Assembly: GCA_050575255.1 (NCBI GenBank)
Contig: JBNZDD010013718.1
Span: forward strand, 2,163,670-2,227,669
From: Harriotta raleighana
Taxonomy: Eukaryota
Length of the DNA stretch: 64,000 nt
Reading direction: 5' to 3'
Position numbers and translations under genes: made by a program. This document shows, one piece after another, positions 12,706 to 25,550 of the stretch (its first letter is position 1; each line of letters begins with the position of its first letter). The notes under the pieces were generated by a model. It ran no database searches and was not told where the DNA came from. It saw only the letters and a program-made list of their open reading frames with translations.

Positions 12706-15305
12706 GTGATTTATTTATTTGGTTTCGATCGGAATGGAATTCCCAATTGTTTTTTTTTCTCTTTGGAAAATTCCCCAGCCCTCGCCTGTAATGCCAAGTC
12801 AATCAGTGTCCACTAAAGTTACAGTGAAATGGTTAAGGCTTGTGCGCTGAATCTCAAAATCTTCATCTGTTCTAAGAATTGCAATGGAACTTGTTTCTTC
12901 AATGAGCTTCTCTCACTAGTTCGCTGCTCTCAACATTTTACCTCAGTTGAAAGAATATCACTTTACATTAGAATATTTAAGAGATCAAGAGAAGAACATT
13001 TTCCTTGTTGCTTGAACAACCTTTTCTGTTATTATCTTCCGTAAAGTAACTCTTAAGTGTATCGCAAGGATACGTTGAGGCACAAATAACTTTCCAAATG
13101 CCTGTAAATGTGTGGGAATAGTGAGTTAATGTGAGTGCAACTCAAATCATGGAGAAAGATGCACAGTCACTGCGCTTGTAACTGGCAGTGAATCCCGTGA
13201 AGCGCTTTGAAATATCCTCCGGAGGCGAAAGAAGCTGTTTTAAAATAGATATTATTATTTTATATTACGATTCATGGGCCCGTCTTTTCTTTTTTTTAAA
13301 AAACTTGAACTTTACATATCTAGTTAATGCACACGGGACAAGAGACGTCTGAACTGTTAACTGCCAAAAGACGTCAACAGAACTGAATTTATCCTTGCTG
13401 AATTCAAGTAGTAAGTGCCCCCCCACCCATTCAGCAAAGCGATTTAATTCTACGCATCTTATGTATTCGGCACGCTATGTTTCTGTAACCAAGATACAAG
13501 ATGCCTCTTTATTATGACAAGCAGAGGGAAAATTAAAACCTCTCCTCTGAGCTGGAGCATATGGTGATCGGCCTGTTGTTCAGAAGAGATTGTTGCAATA
13601 TTCGTGTTAAGATGTTGCAGTTGTTACCCAAGTGACCTTTGGCCCTGTGCCAGTAACATCAGAATGGGCCCCAAATCAATGGATCTGGGGAGGAAGGTTA
13701 GTTAGTCAGTCAGTTCAGTTAGTTAGTTAGCTCGCAATGGCTCTTGATAGCCCTCAGTCTTGAGGAGGAACCTATTTGCGTTAACCTATTCTCTCGGTGG
13801 GTGGGTGGGTGCGGGGAATACATGTAGCTTTGATTTTTTTTTTAGTAACTGGTGTAGGTCCAAAGAATAATTCAGGTTGGCCACAAACAGGGCGATTTCT
13901 TGTGTTTACCTTTGCCGTTGCATCCAAATAAACAGTCGAAGCCTTCAGTATTTCACTCTGGTGCCTGCTATCTTCGACCATCAATCTTGTGGCTGTCAGG
14001 CAGGGGGCAGAACACATCCCTGTGGGGATCCAGGCCTGTTGTTTTCATCAGATTAGGGGAGTAAGCAGCAGGGTGGACAGCATTCCTTCCCTTAAAAGAA
14101 GAAAAGCCAGACTTAAAAAGCTCATCTCGAGCTCTGCTTCTTCTTCTTGGCTTTTTTTTTGGGGTATCTTCCCTTTGTGTTTCAAACCCCCTCCCCACCC
14201 ACCACCCTCCATTCCCATCCCATCTTGGATTTGCCCTTCCTTAATCACGCTTTTATATAAAATCTCTTGCGTGTACCTTAGATCTCCTCTTAGTGTGAAC
14301 GCTGACTGTTTAAAACTCCAGACCTAAAGCGGTGTATCATTGCAAGGATGCATGCGTGCGTGCTTGTGTATGTAGAAAGTTAGCCTGAAACTTGAATCCA
14401 CAATTTGAATTACCCGGTGCAGAGCTCAAGCTTGTTCGGAAGCAGAAAGTTGCCAACTTCAGTTCTTGGAAGCAAGCTACTGTACTTACTTTAGCGAAGC
14501 TTTAACTCTACTTTAACGCAAGTTCCAAAAAGCAAGAGATGTTTGCGGGCTTCACATTGGGTGTTTTTTTTCTGCCCTCTCAAATCGTTGCACGATCCAT
14601 AACCAGTCAGCCATCACCCATACATGTGGCTCTTTTCCATGCCCACAAAGATCAAAGGCTGTTGAGATCGAGGCTGATAATACATTTAGCAACTGTACAA
14701 ATCCCACACACCTTATTTGTGGTATTTTTCGCTAGGCTTTTCTGTTTACTTGCACCCTTGTCACTCCTAGCCTCTGGCAGTCACAAAAGGGAGCAAGTAA
14801 GTCACTTCTATTAGCAAGATGTGCATTTTGTTTATATAGCAGAAACCCTAGAAACTATTCAAAGTGGTTTCTTCAGTTCAAGCAACGACAAAGGGTCAAC
14901 TGTTGACCTATTTTGAGTGTTACAGAAGGTGAAGAATGTCACCTTGCAAGAAAAGACTTAATACAATAGATCCTTCGTAACACGGCGGCACTTTTGATTA
15001 ACTCTCCGTGGCTGGAAGAGAATCCATATTTAAGCAAGTTCGAATGAGGCTCCCAAAGTCAGCACTTTTTTTAAAAAATCTTTAGTGAGGATGTGTTAGG
15101 TACTTAAATAACCATAGTGTGGGAGGTAAATTATAATAATCCAGGGTTTAAGAGGGAAGAGTTTTGCTTGTATAATTTAACCAAAACATGGGGAATTAGC
15201 CAAGTTCCTTCTGCAGCTTTCAAGCCCATTTGCTACCTTGTTAGGAGATCCTCAAGGGATATTTTAATAATGTTTCCCAATGTTTTGTGTGATTTCATTC
15301 CACAG

Positions 15306-15494
15306 TCCCCCTGGCTCCCGAGTTGCAGTTAGAGCCTTCGAACTGCACGACCATCATGGTAAGATGGAAGAAGGCGGAAGACAACAGCGTGAAGATCCAG
15401 GGATACCGGCTTTTCTACAGGGAAGAAAGCCAACAGGAAACTGGGCCAATTTCACTGGGCATGCAAGATTCCCATTACACCATCAGTGGGCTAG
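15306..15494 (+). CDS. PRTG: Protogenin exon 11 equivalent, FN3-3 N-part
   Basis: cacAG/GTatgt; VPLAPELQLEPSNCTTIMVRWKKAEDNSVKIQGYRLFYREESQQETGPISLGMQDSHYTISGL. Confidence 0.95.
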
Positions 15495-18400
15495 GTATGT
15501 ATTGTGACCATTGACTTGAAATCGCTCAAATTCTCTGATTTAGAAAAGTGTTGTTATCTTTTTCTCTCATATTTCCAGGCCCTTCCAATTCCTTTTGTGT
15601 TAGAAAAAGAACATTGGTTCTGAACGACAATATTTTGGGTGTCTGCCCTGCTGTGTATTTTGATACCTTCAAATGGAGGTTTTGTCAGACTGTTCTTTCC
15701 ACACTTCCCTGTTTGTGTTGCTCTTTTGAGCTGGAAATCCACAGGGGTTAGGGAAAGGGCCTCATTCTCCCCCTTGAGCAGCTTCACAATAAAGTTTAGT
15801 AACCTCAAGCAAGCTGCTTGACATAGAGTAGCAAGAGGGTGTGAGAAGCATTTTTTTTGGAGAATTTGCCCACGAAAATGTACCCAGTATTGCTCTTGAA
15901 TGGGACAATGACAAATAATTATTTTGTGGTTCTGGTCTTAAGACAAGTTTCTCTTAAGTGAGATTATCAAGGAATTCCCCAGAGGAGCAGCTTCTAAAGG
16001 AGTGGAACACATCTGTGTTCCTGAGGGTACAACCTTTTAAAGTACGGGCATGTACAATGTGAAGAGTTACAACATTCAGCGCAACAATATCAAATGGATT
16101 GACTTTCAGTTACTGCTCCCTTCTCCTTTTCTGGAGAGCCATAGGACAGATTTACCCTGTACAAGATCTTAACCCAACACACAAATACATACACACAGTA
16201 TGTAGACAGAGGTTCTGTGCGCCAGTTGTTCAGTATTCCAGTTAAACAGGAGTCTTAACGTGTTGTAAATGAACAATTGCGGAAGGTGTAGCTAATATAT
16301 GAAGGCCCCCAGCTATACAATATCCAACCTCATTGCCATTTTAATTGCTTTGTGTCCATTCCAAGCACTGTTTGTGTCATTGGTTCCCCACACTTTACAC
16401 TCACTCACTTGCACAGACTCTTGCTGGGGCTCAGTTGCGTGAGTTCCCTCTGCTGATTCCACTCGTGCTGCTTGTGATCAGCTGAGTTTAGGCCAGAGAA
16501 GGTTCGATTCCGAGACCTTCCTAATCTCCATTGCTCAGTTTCACGCTGGACAGTGGCTTTGTGAACTGAACCTTCAGAATGTCTCACTGCGCAACTGTTT
16601 CCATTCAATAATAATAAAATAAATAATAAATAATTTGATTCAGCTTTAATGTTGGGAAGAACATCTCAAAGTATGTCATGGGATTTAAGTCTAATGACTC
16701 TAGGTTTTATCGGCTTAAGCCTTTGACAGCCCCCCGCAAATAGCCCCAATTTTAAAACAATCTTTATATATTGTTGTGCTGGAAAAGTTCAGAATCCTAT
16801 GAAATGGGGGTGATGTCAACGAGCATTTCTACTGTCGCTTGACTAGCCTCCCAATGGCTTCTCAGAAGCCACGCAAGTTGTGGGGAAATTATTGTCCTTC
16901 GCGTACAACCCACAAGGAACAAGATGAGCTCGCTCTGTAATTTATTTACAACCTATTGGAGCAAAGTTTTTAATTGTGCTTCTCAGTGGGTGGGGGGGAA
17001 GGACAAGGCTTAAATAATTGGAACTGTACAGATTTTCTACTAGTTAGCCCTGGGTGGAACTTGTGAGTGACTCTGTAGGCGTGATCATATGGACAGGGTT
17101 TGGTCTACCCTCAACGAATATATCCTGATGTTATTACATTTGAAACCCTTGTGGTGAATGTTGTAGAAGTGTAAGCCATTCCAGAATGATTAGGTCTGAC
17201 CCCAGTCACTGTTTGGCTGTGGCCCTTGACTGTTGCTTGGTGATGAGCTTAGATTCACATATCCCTGCAATGGGCCTCAAGCCCTGTGTGATGTGAGAAC
17301 AACAGCACATTCTTAACTACTAACTGGACAACTGACCATCTGTGGCCATTCCAGCCATAGCAGGTGGCTGCCAGCTGACCATTTAAACAGGCAAAAAAAA
17401 AACCTCGGGACAATGGAGAATGAGGATAGCATAAAACTAAAGTACTGATTGCATTTGCCTCATATCTGGTATCTTGTGTGTCCATACTTTTTCGAAGGGA
17501 TTTCAGTTCCTCCCACATCCAGACTGGACTGCTTTACAAAATGATACACTGGAACAAGCTAAATATAATTCCTAATGGGCGGGTGGGAGGGGGGTGTTGG
17601 GGGTTACCATGTGCGACTCAAATCATACCCATTGTTCCCTTTGTCGGATCCAACTCACAAACATTGGCTGGATTACAAGATGTACGTACACCTTGAATTG
17701 ACAGTTAAATCCCAAGAGCAAATTTGTAACGCACAAGCCCTGACTGAAGGAACAGGGAGATTGAGCTGCAGTTGGACTCGCCTCCACACTGAGAGTAACC
17801 GGGGAAGAATGATATTAAGCGAACAGCAATGTCAACCGAAAGCCTCTGGAGACAAAACTTTCTTTCAGAGACGCAAGCACACATTTTGTTGTTTGGATAT
17901 AACTGGTGAAATGTACAATTAATTGACTGTAGAAAAGCCGTATATTCTTGTCTTCATGCCAGACGGTTTTTGCATTATTCTGCCTGTAAACATTCATGAT
18001 CAACGACCACTGGCATTGAAAAAATCCAGTATAAATCCTGGGCAATTTCTACATTAAGAATATTTGAGTGTTTGTTTTTTATCTTGCTACGCTTATAAAA
18101 TTAATCAGTAATTGAACAGCGTGCTTGGACTGCTGGTGAACAGTGTTGACATTTTATTGCTATACATGTAGATCAGTTTAATGTGTGGCTAATATCTTTA
18201 CCTCTGTTTTTTCACTAAATTCCAAGTGGAGGTTAGATGAGCCCAGTTTGCTTAAGGCACTCGCCCCAGTCACTGCCTTTTGACCTCTACAAACGCAGTA
18301 TTTAATCTCTCCCAGTGAACTCGGCTGAAGGTCTGCCTTTACTGATGGTTGATAGTGTCACAACTGAACAAAGCATTGACAGTCTGCCGAGTTTTACAAA

Positions 18401-21400
18401 TGTATCCTTTGCAGCCTGCTCCTCTCACAATAACCAGATATATATAGTCCGTCAAGACTTGAAGCAGTAATAAGAGGGTTTCTCAGCTATACTTGTGAAT
18501 GCAATTGCAGACCAGTTGCTACATCGAGATGTGGCCGTACATCTGATATCATTTGCAGTGGACAGACAACACACAAATCACAGCGCTGGGAGATGTGGCT
18601 TTTTGTTTTGGCGGAGCAGTGAAACAAAAATATCACAAACTCTATAATCAAATATGCAACGAGGAACAAGTAGAGTGAAGAAGGAATGCACTTTTTGCTT
18701 TGAAATACTGTAGTTACGACTGTGATTTTAACCTATTATCCATGCAGTTGTTCTGAAGTTTGCTGCGCACAGGAAATGTTAGTTTCAAAAGTGATTTCAT
18801 TTGTTTGATTGGGTCTATTTTTTTAAAAAAAAACCTCCCCAGCAGCCCCTGCTGGCTACTGAGGACACTGCAGAGCGACATTGGCTCCCAATTTAAATGT
18901 AATTTATGCTCCCCAAAAATCCTTCTGAATACTATAGATCTGGCATGTTGTATAGTCAATTAATTGTATGTTTGGGCTATTGCTTGTTTTAGGCAGTAAT
19001 TTATTTTTAATTGGTCAGTGTTTTGAGGCCGGTGTCTGTGTACCAGAGGGTTCTGTTTAAATCAAAATCTGACTTTTGTACTGGTCAGAAACCCGAAGAG
19101 AGTTTTTNAGTAATTTATTTTTAATTGGTCAGTGTTTTGAGGCCGGTGTCTGTGTACCGGAGGGTTCTGTTTAAATCAAAATCTGACTTTTGTACTGGTC
19201 AGAAACCCGAAGAGAGTTTTGTTTTGTGTCTCTGAATGAGAGCAGTTTTGATTTGACTTCTGTGTTGGCTGCTTTTGCTTTCAGCCTTTAGTTTAACCAT
19301 TGGGTCGTGTGTAATCTTAAGAGTTAAGTTGGTCATTCGCAGATGGGATGGCAGTGGGGTAGAGTTATGTTTCTACAAAATAACCAACCTCAGGGTTCCT
19401 GCATCTGATGCCCCCTAGATGGGGTTTGAAAGAGACTCTCTCTCTCTCTTTCTCTCTCCTCCCTCTGCACATTTGGGCCGACAACCAGTGGGTTCCAGCA
19501 CTCATAAAACTGTACAACAACATAGAAAGCACCAACTCTTGAGAACTCAGCTGTGATGGTAACCGAAGGGCAAAGTTAAAAACAATTTACAATAAACACA
19601 ATAGGGCACTCGGACTGCAATAGTAATTGGTCTCTGCCCAGAGGAATCGTGTGTTTCCTCCCTTGACGGATGTTGGTCGGCCAGTGTTGGTTTTATTTTC
19701 AAAATAACAGGAGTTGAGAGCTTGCTGGGGTGAGCTTACTTTTTTTGGGGGGGTGTGTGGGGAGGGGGACATTTTGACCTATGCACTCGAGGCCCACTTT
19801 AATGAGGGGCTCCCAGGGTGCAATAAAATTATACAGGCCAGGGTGGGCCTGAAAGACAACACAAATCGAGCTAAGTACTCTGAAAGGGGGAGGTAAATTG
19901 GTAGGAAATGGAGTCTTTTACTAGCTGTTTGTGTTTAAATAGTTGCTGTGAGTTAACAAGGTGTGAAAATCTAATAAACTTCTGAACACCTGTATGGAAG
20001 TGTGCCATTTTACAACGAATGCAGCAGGCTTTCTTTCCTGCGGTCGTTTTTTTTAAAAAAAACATGGCTGAAGGCTGAATTGTGCAGAGTTGCTCCGTGT
20101 TTGCAGTGTGGAGATATGTGTGTGTAGACCCTGATTTCTTTTGAGTAGCTTGAACCTGTGTTTTAAAGTTTTTTTTTAATGTATATATACACACACACAC
20201 ACCGTTAAAATGATTGAAACCAGGAAACGTCTGAAAAACTGCTCGGCCTCTTTTCAGTTGGACAGAACAGATTTCCACATTACACACAGTCAGAATGGCT
20301 GAGACCTCAGTGTGTGAGCATAACCTGTTTGTGGAATTTGGGAAAACGCAAAAAGATTCACCCGCCTGATCAAGAAGAATTTAAATTGACGACATTGCAA
20401 CATTGCTAGCATTCACCAATGTTTTGCTGAGCCCATTGAAAGAACTCTTTTAAGTCTTGTGTTACAGGCGGTAACACAGCTCTACTTTAATGTTCAAACT
20501 TAACAATCACGACTAATGAGTTCGAATGAATCCTAAAACAAAGGAAACTGTGGTTGTTTGTGTCCCAGATCATTTCCAAACCCCAACCATCATACAACTC
20601 TCTGGGAGATAAGGTGCTGTGATGTAATCATTGCTCATGGTTTGTTGTGAGAAAAATGACAGTACAATAAAATGGCAATTTGACCATCGCATGAGAGAAA
20701 GATTTGTATTAGGACAGAGACCATTTTTAACATGGTTCAAAAGTTCAATTGACTATTGCTTTACCAATGGCGAGATCCTTCTCCTGTTTCATTTATTGCT
20801 AAACGGACATGCGCTATTCAGTTTATAGGAAGAGTGGCCGTTTAGTGGTTCAAGAGAAAGCCGGGAAATAATACTATCTCAGGAGAGCGTTAAATTTATA
20901 ATGGAATGACAAGTCTTAAATGTGGTGGGTTATCATGGGACCCTGAGCAAGAAGGTTGAGGCCAAAGAGGAGCAGATAATGGCAGAGTTGATGTATCTTT
21001 CTCGGTGGGTTTACTGACATCAGTAGTGGAAGGCTCTGCAGGCTTTTAAACATGGACTCATGTCATTATTCCTATTACTGATAGCCCTCTGAATGATTAA
21101 TACAGGTTAATCTTCCTAGATGCCTGTGCAAAGCTGTTTTTTTTTACGGTTCCATTGGTTAAGTATGAAAGTGTATGAATCAGTGAAGCGATTACGCTTG
21201 GGTTTGTCTGCCTTTTGTACTTTTATCTTCCAGAGGGTCATTCAATGTTTGTAAACTGGTTGTTGACACTGTTTAGTTTGCTTTAGGAGCCAATCTGACT
21301 TGCTCAGAGTGCTTTTTCACCTCGGGACTTCAAAAGTCCCGAGTGCCTGAAAAAAATACACAAGGGTTTCAGGAAGCGTTATGAATACACGCACTTATTG

Positions 21401-24318
21401 CTAATTGAAATTCTTTTTATTAAGGCAGTTTGTCGTGATTCATCATGCGCATTATTGATCAGCCCAGCGCGATCAATAAAGTAATATTCTCAGTGTGCCA
21501 TTATTTCTTTACGAACATTGAATGGGTTTCTCCTTGCAAAACACCCTGTTCACTGCCACCTCAGCTGACCGCAGCGATACAGGACTCAGCCACGTAGACT
21601 ATTGGGACTATAGGCGCTAAAAAAAAGTGAATTCAAATGATCTGACCCTGTGTATCATCCCCACCAGTAATTAGCGTTTTTTAAAACATTGCTTGTTTGA
21701 ATTTTTAAAAATATGCTTACTGATTGAAGCTGACCAGTACCCCATATTTAGATGCAGAGAAGACATTAAACAGTTGCAGATATTCATTTGACAATTTTTG
21801 GCTTCAATCATTTTTGCTTTTAATTACCCGGTCTCTTGAACAGGTAAATTTGGTGGGTTTACCCTCAATTTATATACAAACTGTATTAAGGACAGGGTTC
21901 AAGAGGATCTGCCCTGTTTTAAAAGCAGTGCTGTGTTTCTTTGAAGGTTATATAAAGGAGCGGAGGTTGTAAGACGAAAGAATTGTGTTTTGTCAGGGTA
22001 GAAATCACTGCGTACTTCAAAAGGTAGAGGGTTCAGGCTCCGGCACTGTTTAGCGATCTGAGACGCAATCCCACGTGAACTGCGGTAATAAATGCAATCT
22101 GTTATTGTTGAGGTTTTCTTTTCTCCATCCAGCATGTTTCATGTGCTCTTCTCTTCTCCGCTGCATCTATGGCAGGTAGAGCTTTCAGCCATTCAGCTCC
22201 CACTATGGGGGACTCTACACTGAAGTCCTGATGTGAACGACGCTGGCTGTATCAAGTGTAAACCGTTTGTAGTTCATAACGGTTGGGAATCATCAAAGCA
22301 CTTACCCTTCCTGGCAAGCCATGAGGCCACATGCTTCCGAGCGCTTCAAAGGTCACAATTAGTTGATAACTGGGCACCTTCAAAATATTACTCTTCATTT
22401 ATAGCATTAAGCTTTATCGCCGAGCAGCAAGATCAAAACGCTGGCCTCGTTTTATCTGATAAATTATCGGCAAAGACTGTAAAATCCTGTTTGAATAAAT
22501 GCCAGATAAGAGCTATGGATGGATCCGTAATGATATAAGTAAACAGTCGAATGACTTGCAAACACAGTTAATAGTTTGCTGTGTTTAACTTGGTAAATTA
22601 TTAACTTGATACACTTTTCTTTGGAGTGACCCATGTGTTGTCCGGCTATTATACAATCTCTCTGTGGTGACTTGGCTATAGTCAAGCCTTGAGTAATAGC
22701 CTGCTGTCATATTAATTTTACATGTTGTTTTGTTGCTGAAAATCAATACACTAAATAGACTTGTGTGCGCATGAACCACAAAGCCCCTGGTATAGTTCTG
22801 GGTATAAAAATAGCTCATGAGCTTTAAAAACATATCATTGTAAATCCTCTTTATTTTAGTAGAGCATAACTACATACCAAATCAGTGGTAATAGCTAATG
22901 GAAGGAAGTGCATTCAGTTGGAGGGGAGGGTGAGTACTTGTGATGAAGTTTGGATTGAAAAGCTCCAATGTTGCTTTAAATTACATTGACCAAATCTGCG
23001 CAGGAACAAAAAGGGAAGTTAGTGCTTTAGAAAGCTTTGTTGGGTCAGATGTGCAGAATCTTTCCATGCCCCCAAGTCTTAGCTGTAATCTGCCGAATTT
23101 GACAGTCTAAACAGAAGCCCATGTTTAAAAGAGTTGATCCTAGAATTTCTTGAGACAGTAACTGATGAAACCGCACGACTAAAACAATCATCAAAAATCG
23201 AACGTCGCAGAGTGATTTTAAAGCCTTTCTTCACACCAGATGAGGGGTCACTGCAATGTGACGTTTTGAGCTGGCTGCTTTCTCTCCATTAATCACATTG
23301 TGAGGCAAAATGTGGCTGTTCATTGATTGCCCTCGGAAGAATAAGAAGCCATCGGATAGATGTGTGAGGTCCTGAGTCAAAGGTGCACCAAGCTCTTTGA
23401 AAAGATGCTGCAACTTATCACATGAAACGGGCGTGAAGGCAGTTGAGAAGTAAAGAGATTGTGTGGCTGAAGCTGAAATCCCAGACAAATGGTTATACAA
23501 AAACCAGCCTTGGCAAGAGTCAATGAAATGCGGCGTTTTGAAGTATGGCTCTTTTGACTCCGATCTGAAGGCTGATGTTGGTTTTTGCAATGCCCCTTGT
23601 TGATTTTTGGTGTTGAGTTATGAAATTCCTACGGTTTGCCTTAGGAAGACGTCACATTCCACAACTATTGGCGTCCGACTGGCAGAAATCTTACACTTGC
23701 CTGTCAGGACCTCCTGCCCCCAGAACCCTCCGGAGAAAGCGCTTTTGTAAGATTCAGTATCGATAACTTGCCCCGTGTCCTCTATGTGAGAGTACTTACA
23801 ATGTTGGGGAGAAAGTACGGAACCTCTGTTCTGATGCAAAGGGAAGGTGTGTGGGTGAGAAAGAGCCAACCTCCCTTTGGCTACAAATGGCTGGTGCCTT
23901 TCCACTGGGGCAGTTGATTAGTCAAAAGTTTGAAGGAAAAGCACATTGAGACATTGATGTCCATGTATCTGGGGACAGCTCGACCTCTTTATATGACATA
24001 TTTTTGCCACTACTGGCAACCACGAGTGATGCTCAAGAGTTAGAATTCTTCCATTAATGTTAATTTTTACTTTTTTTAGGAATGGGACAGCCTATTTTTC
24101 CCCTCCCCCCCCATACTCACGAATACAATAATATTATAAATCTTTGCATTTGATGCCGNCTTTTTTTCCCCCCCCCCCCCCCCCCCCCCCATACTCACGA
24201 ATACAATAATATTATAAATCTTTGCATTTGATGCCGTACCCTTTCGTGTCCATGGAAATCTCCCAAAGCGCTTCACAGCATTTACTGCATTTCTCCGTAT
24301 TTTGTAGGTGCAATGATG

Positions 24319-25069
24319 CAGAAGTTTGGAATCCTCGTTGGTGTAAAATCGGGTCGAAAGGGGCACAGTAGGATTCTGTGATCAGAATTCCCAAGATTTA
24401 AAGTGCTTAATTGTGTGCCCTCCTTGATCTCATTTTTAAGATGTATACTGTCACTGGTTTGGTATATTAAGGTTGTTAGGTGTTCCCCTTATTTTAATCA
24501 GCCTTGTGACTTTTTGGCCCCCCTCCTCGTTTGATTAAGTGGAATTGTACTAAGCGCAATTGTAATGAAGTGACGCCGAGAGCAAACTCTGCCACATCAT
24601 TTACTTTCCACTGTGTTAGAATAGCAACAAACTCCCCCCCGAGTTGCCCTTAAGTGGGGTGGGGGCTTGTGGATTAGCAGAGATCTGTGAGCACATAGAG
24701 CCACAGCAAATTCAAAGGCTTGCCTCTTTCATCTATAGTGATCTACAGCATGAATGTAAATTCTACACGCCCATGTCTGGTTTGTGCAGAAAAATAATTC
24801 TCTACCCTCCACACCCCCACTTCCCCTCTGTAAAACAGCACAACTGAAAGATGCAGAGAAAAGATTCACAGGGACTGACACAATGTTGTAGACTCATCCA
24901 GGAATTTATTCAGAAGTTTTGAATCCTCATTGGTGTAAAATCGTGTTGAAAGGGGCACAGTAGGATTCTGTTTTGAGAATTCCCAAGATTTAAAGTGCTT
25001 AATTGTGTGCCCTCCTTGATCTCATTTTTAAGACGAATACTGTCACTGGTTTAGTATATTAAGATTGTT
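24319..25069 (+). repeat. 159-bp direct duplication (24319-24477 and 24911-25069)
   Basis: Colinear copies with about a dozen scattered substitutions; no N between them. Confidence 0.9.
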
Positions 25070-25129
25070 GGATTTTTCTTCCTCCTCAAGGATTTACCAG
25101 GATTAAGTGGATAGATACAGCTGTCAAGA

Positions 25130-25550
25130 AAGATGGGATGGGTTGGAGCTTTTCTCTCTAGAATTAAGATAATTGAGAAGAGACCTGATAAAGGTTTTTT
25201 AAGATTGTTCAGGGACTCGATAAGTTGGATGTTGATGGGCTGCTCCCAGTCGTCGGTGAGTCCAAAATGAGGGGCCATGAATGTAAGGTCATCAGAACTG
25301 CAAGGGAGTTTAGAATTAATATCTTTATGCAGAGAGTGGTGAGATGTGGAACTTGCTGCCGGAAGATGGGAGAATCAATGTATTTAAGATTGGTTTGGGT
25401 GAAGAAAACCCTAGGCCCATTTGATCACAACCTTCTTGAATAGAGAGGTACAGGATACAGTGGATTAGCAGGGAAGTGGGGGTGGAAGGGCTCATGGAAT
25501 ATCAACAGCAACACAGACTAGTTGGTCCAAATGTCCTGCTTCCATGCTTA
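25130..25550 (+). mobile_element. CR1 LINE 3' end relic
   Basis: Degenerate ORF2 C-terminus (FSLE-R-LR-DLI-VFKI--G-D--D; S--RGH--K; F-QRVV--WNLLP) followed by a CR1-like 3'UTR. Confidence 0.85.

Noticed and set aside
13633-13645. Perfect DR1 nuclear-receptor site (GGGCCAAAGGTCA on the minus strand)
   Set aside because: An isolated motif without supporting context; cannot be distinguished from chance without conservation data.
18995-19220. Short tandem duplications around single Ns (19108; likewise 24159, 40874, 43568, 52497, 53713)
   Set aside because: Each is an overlap on either side of a lone N with few differences, typical of scaffolding artefacts in a heterozygous genome.
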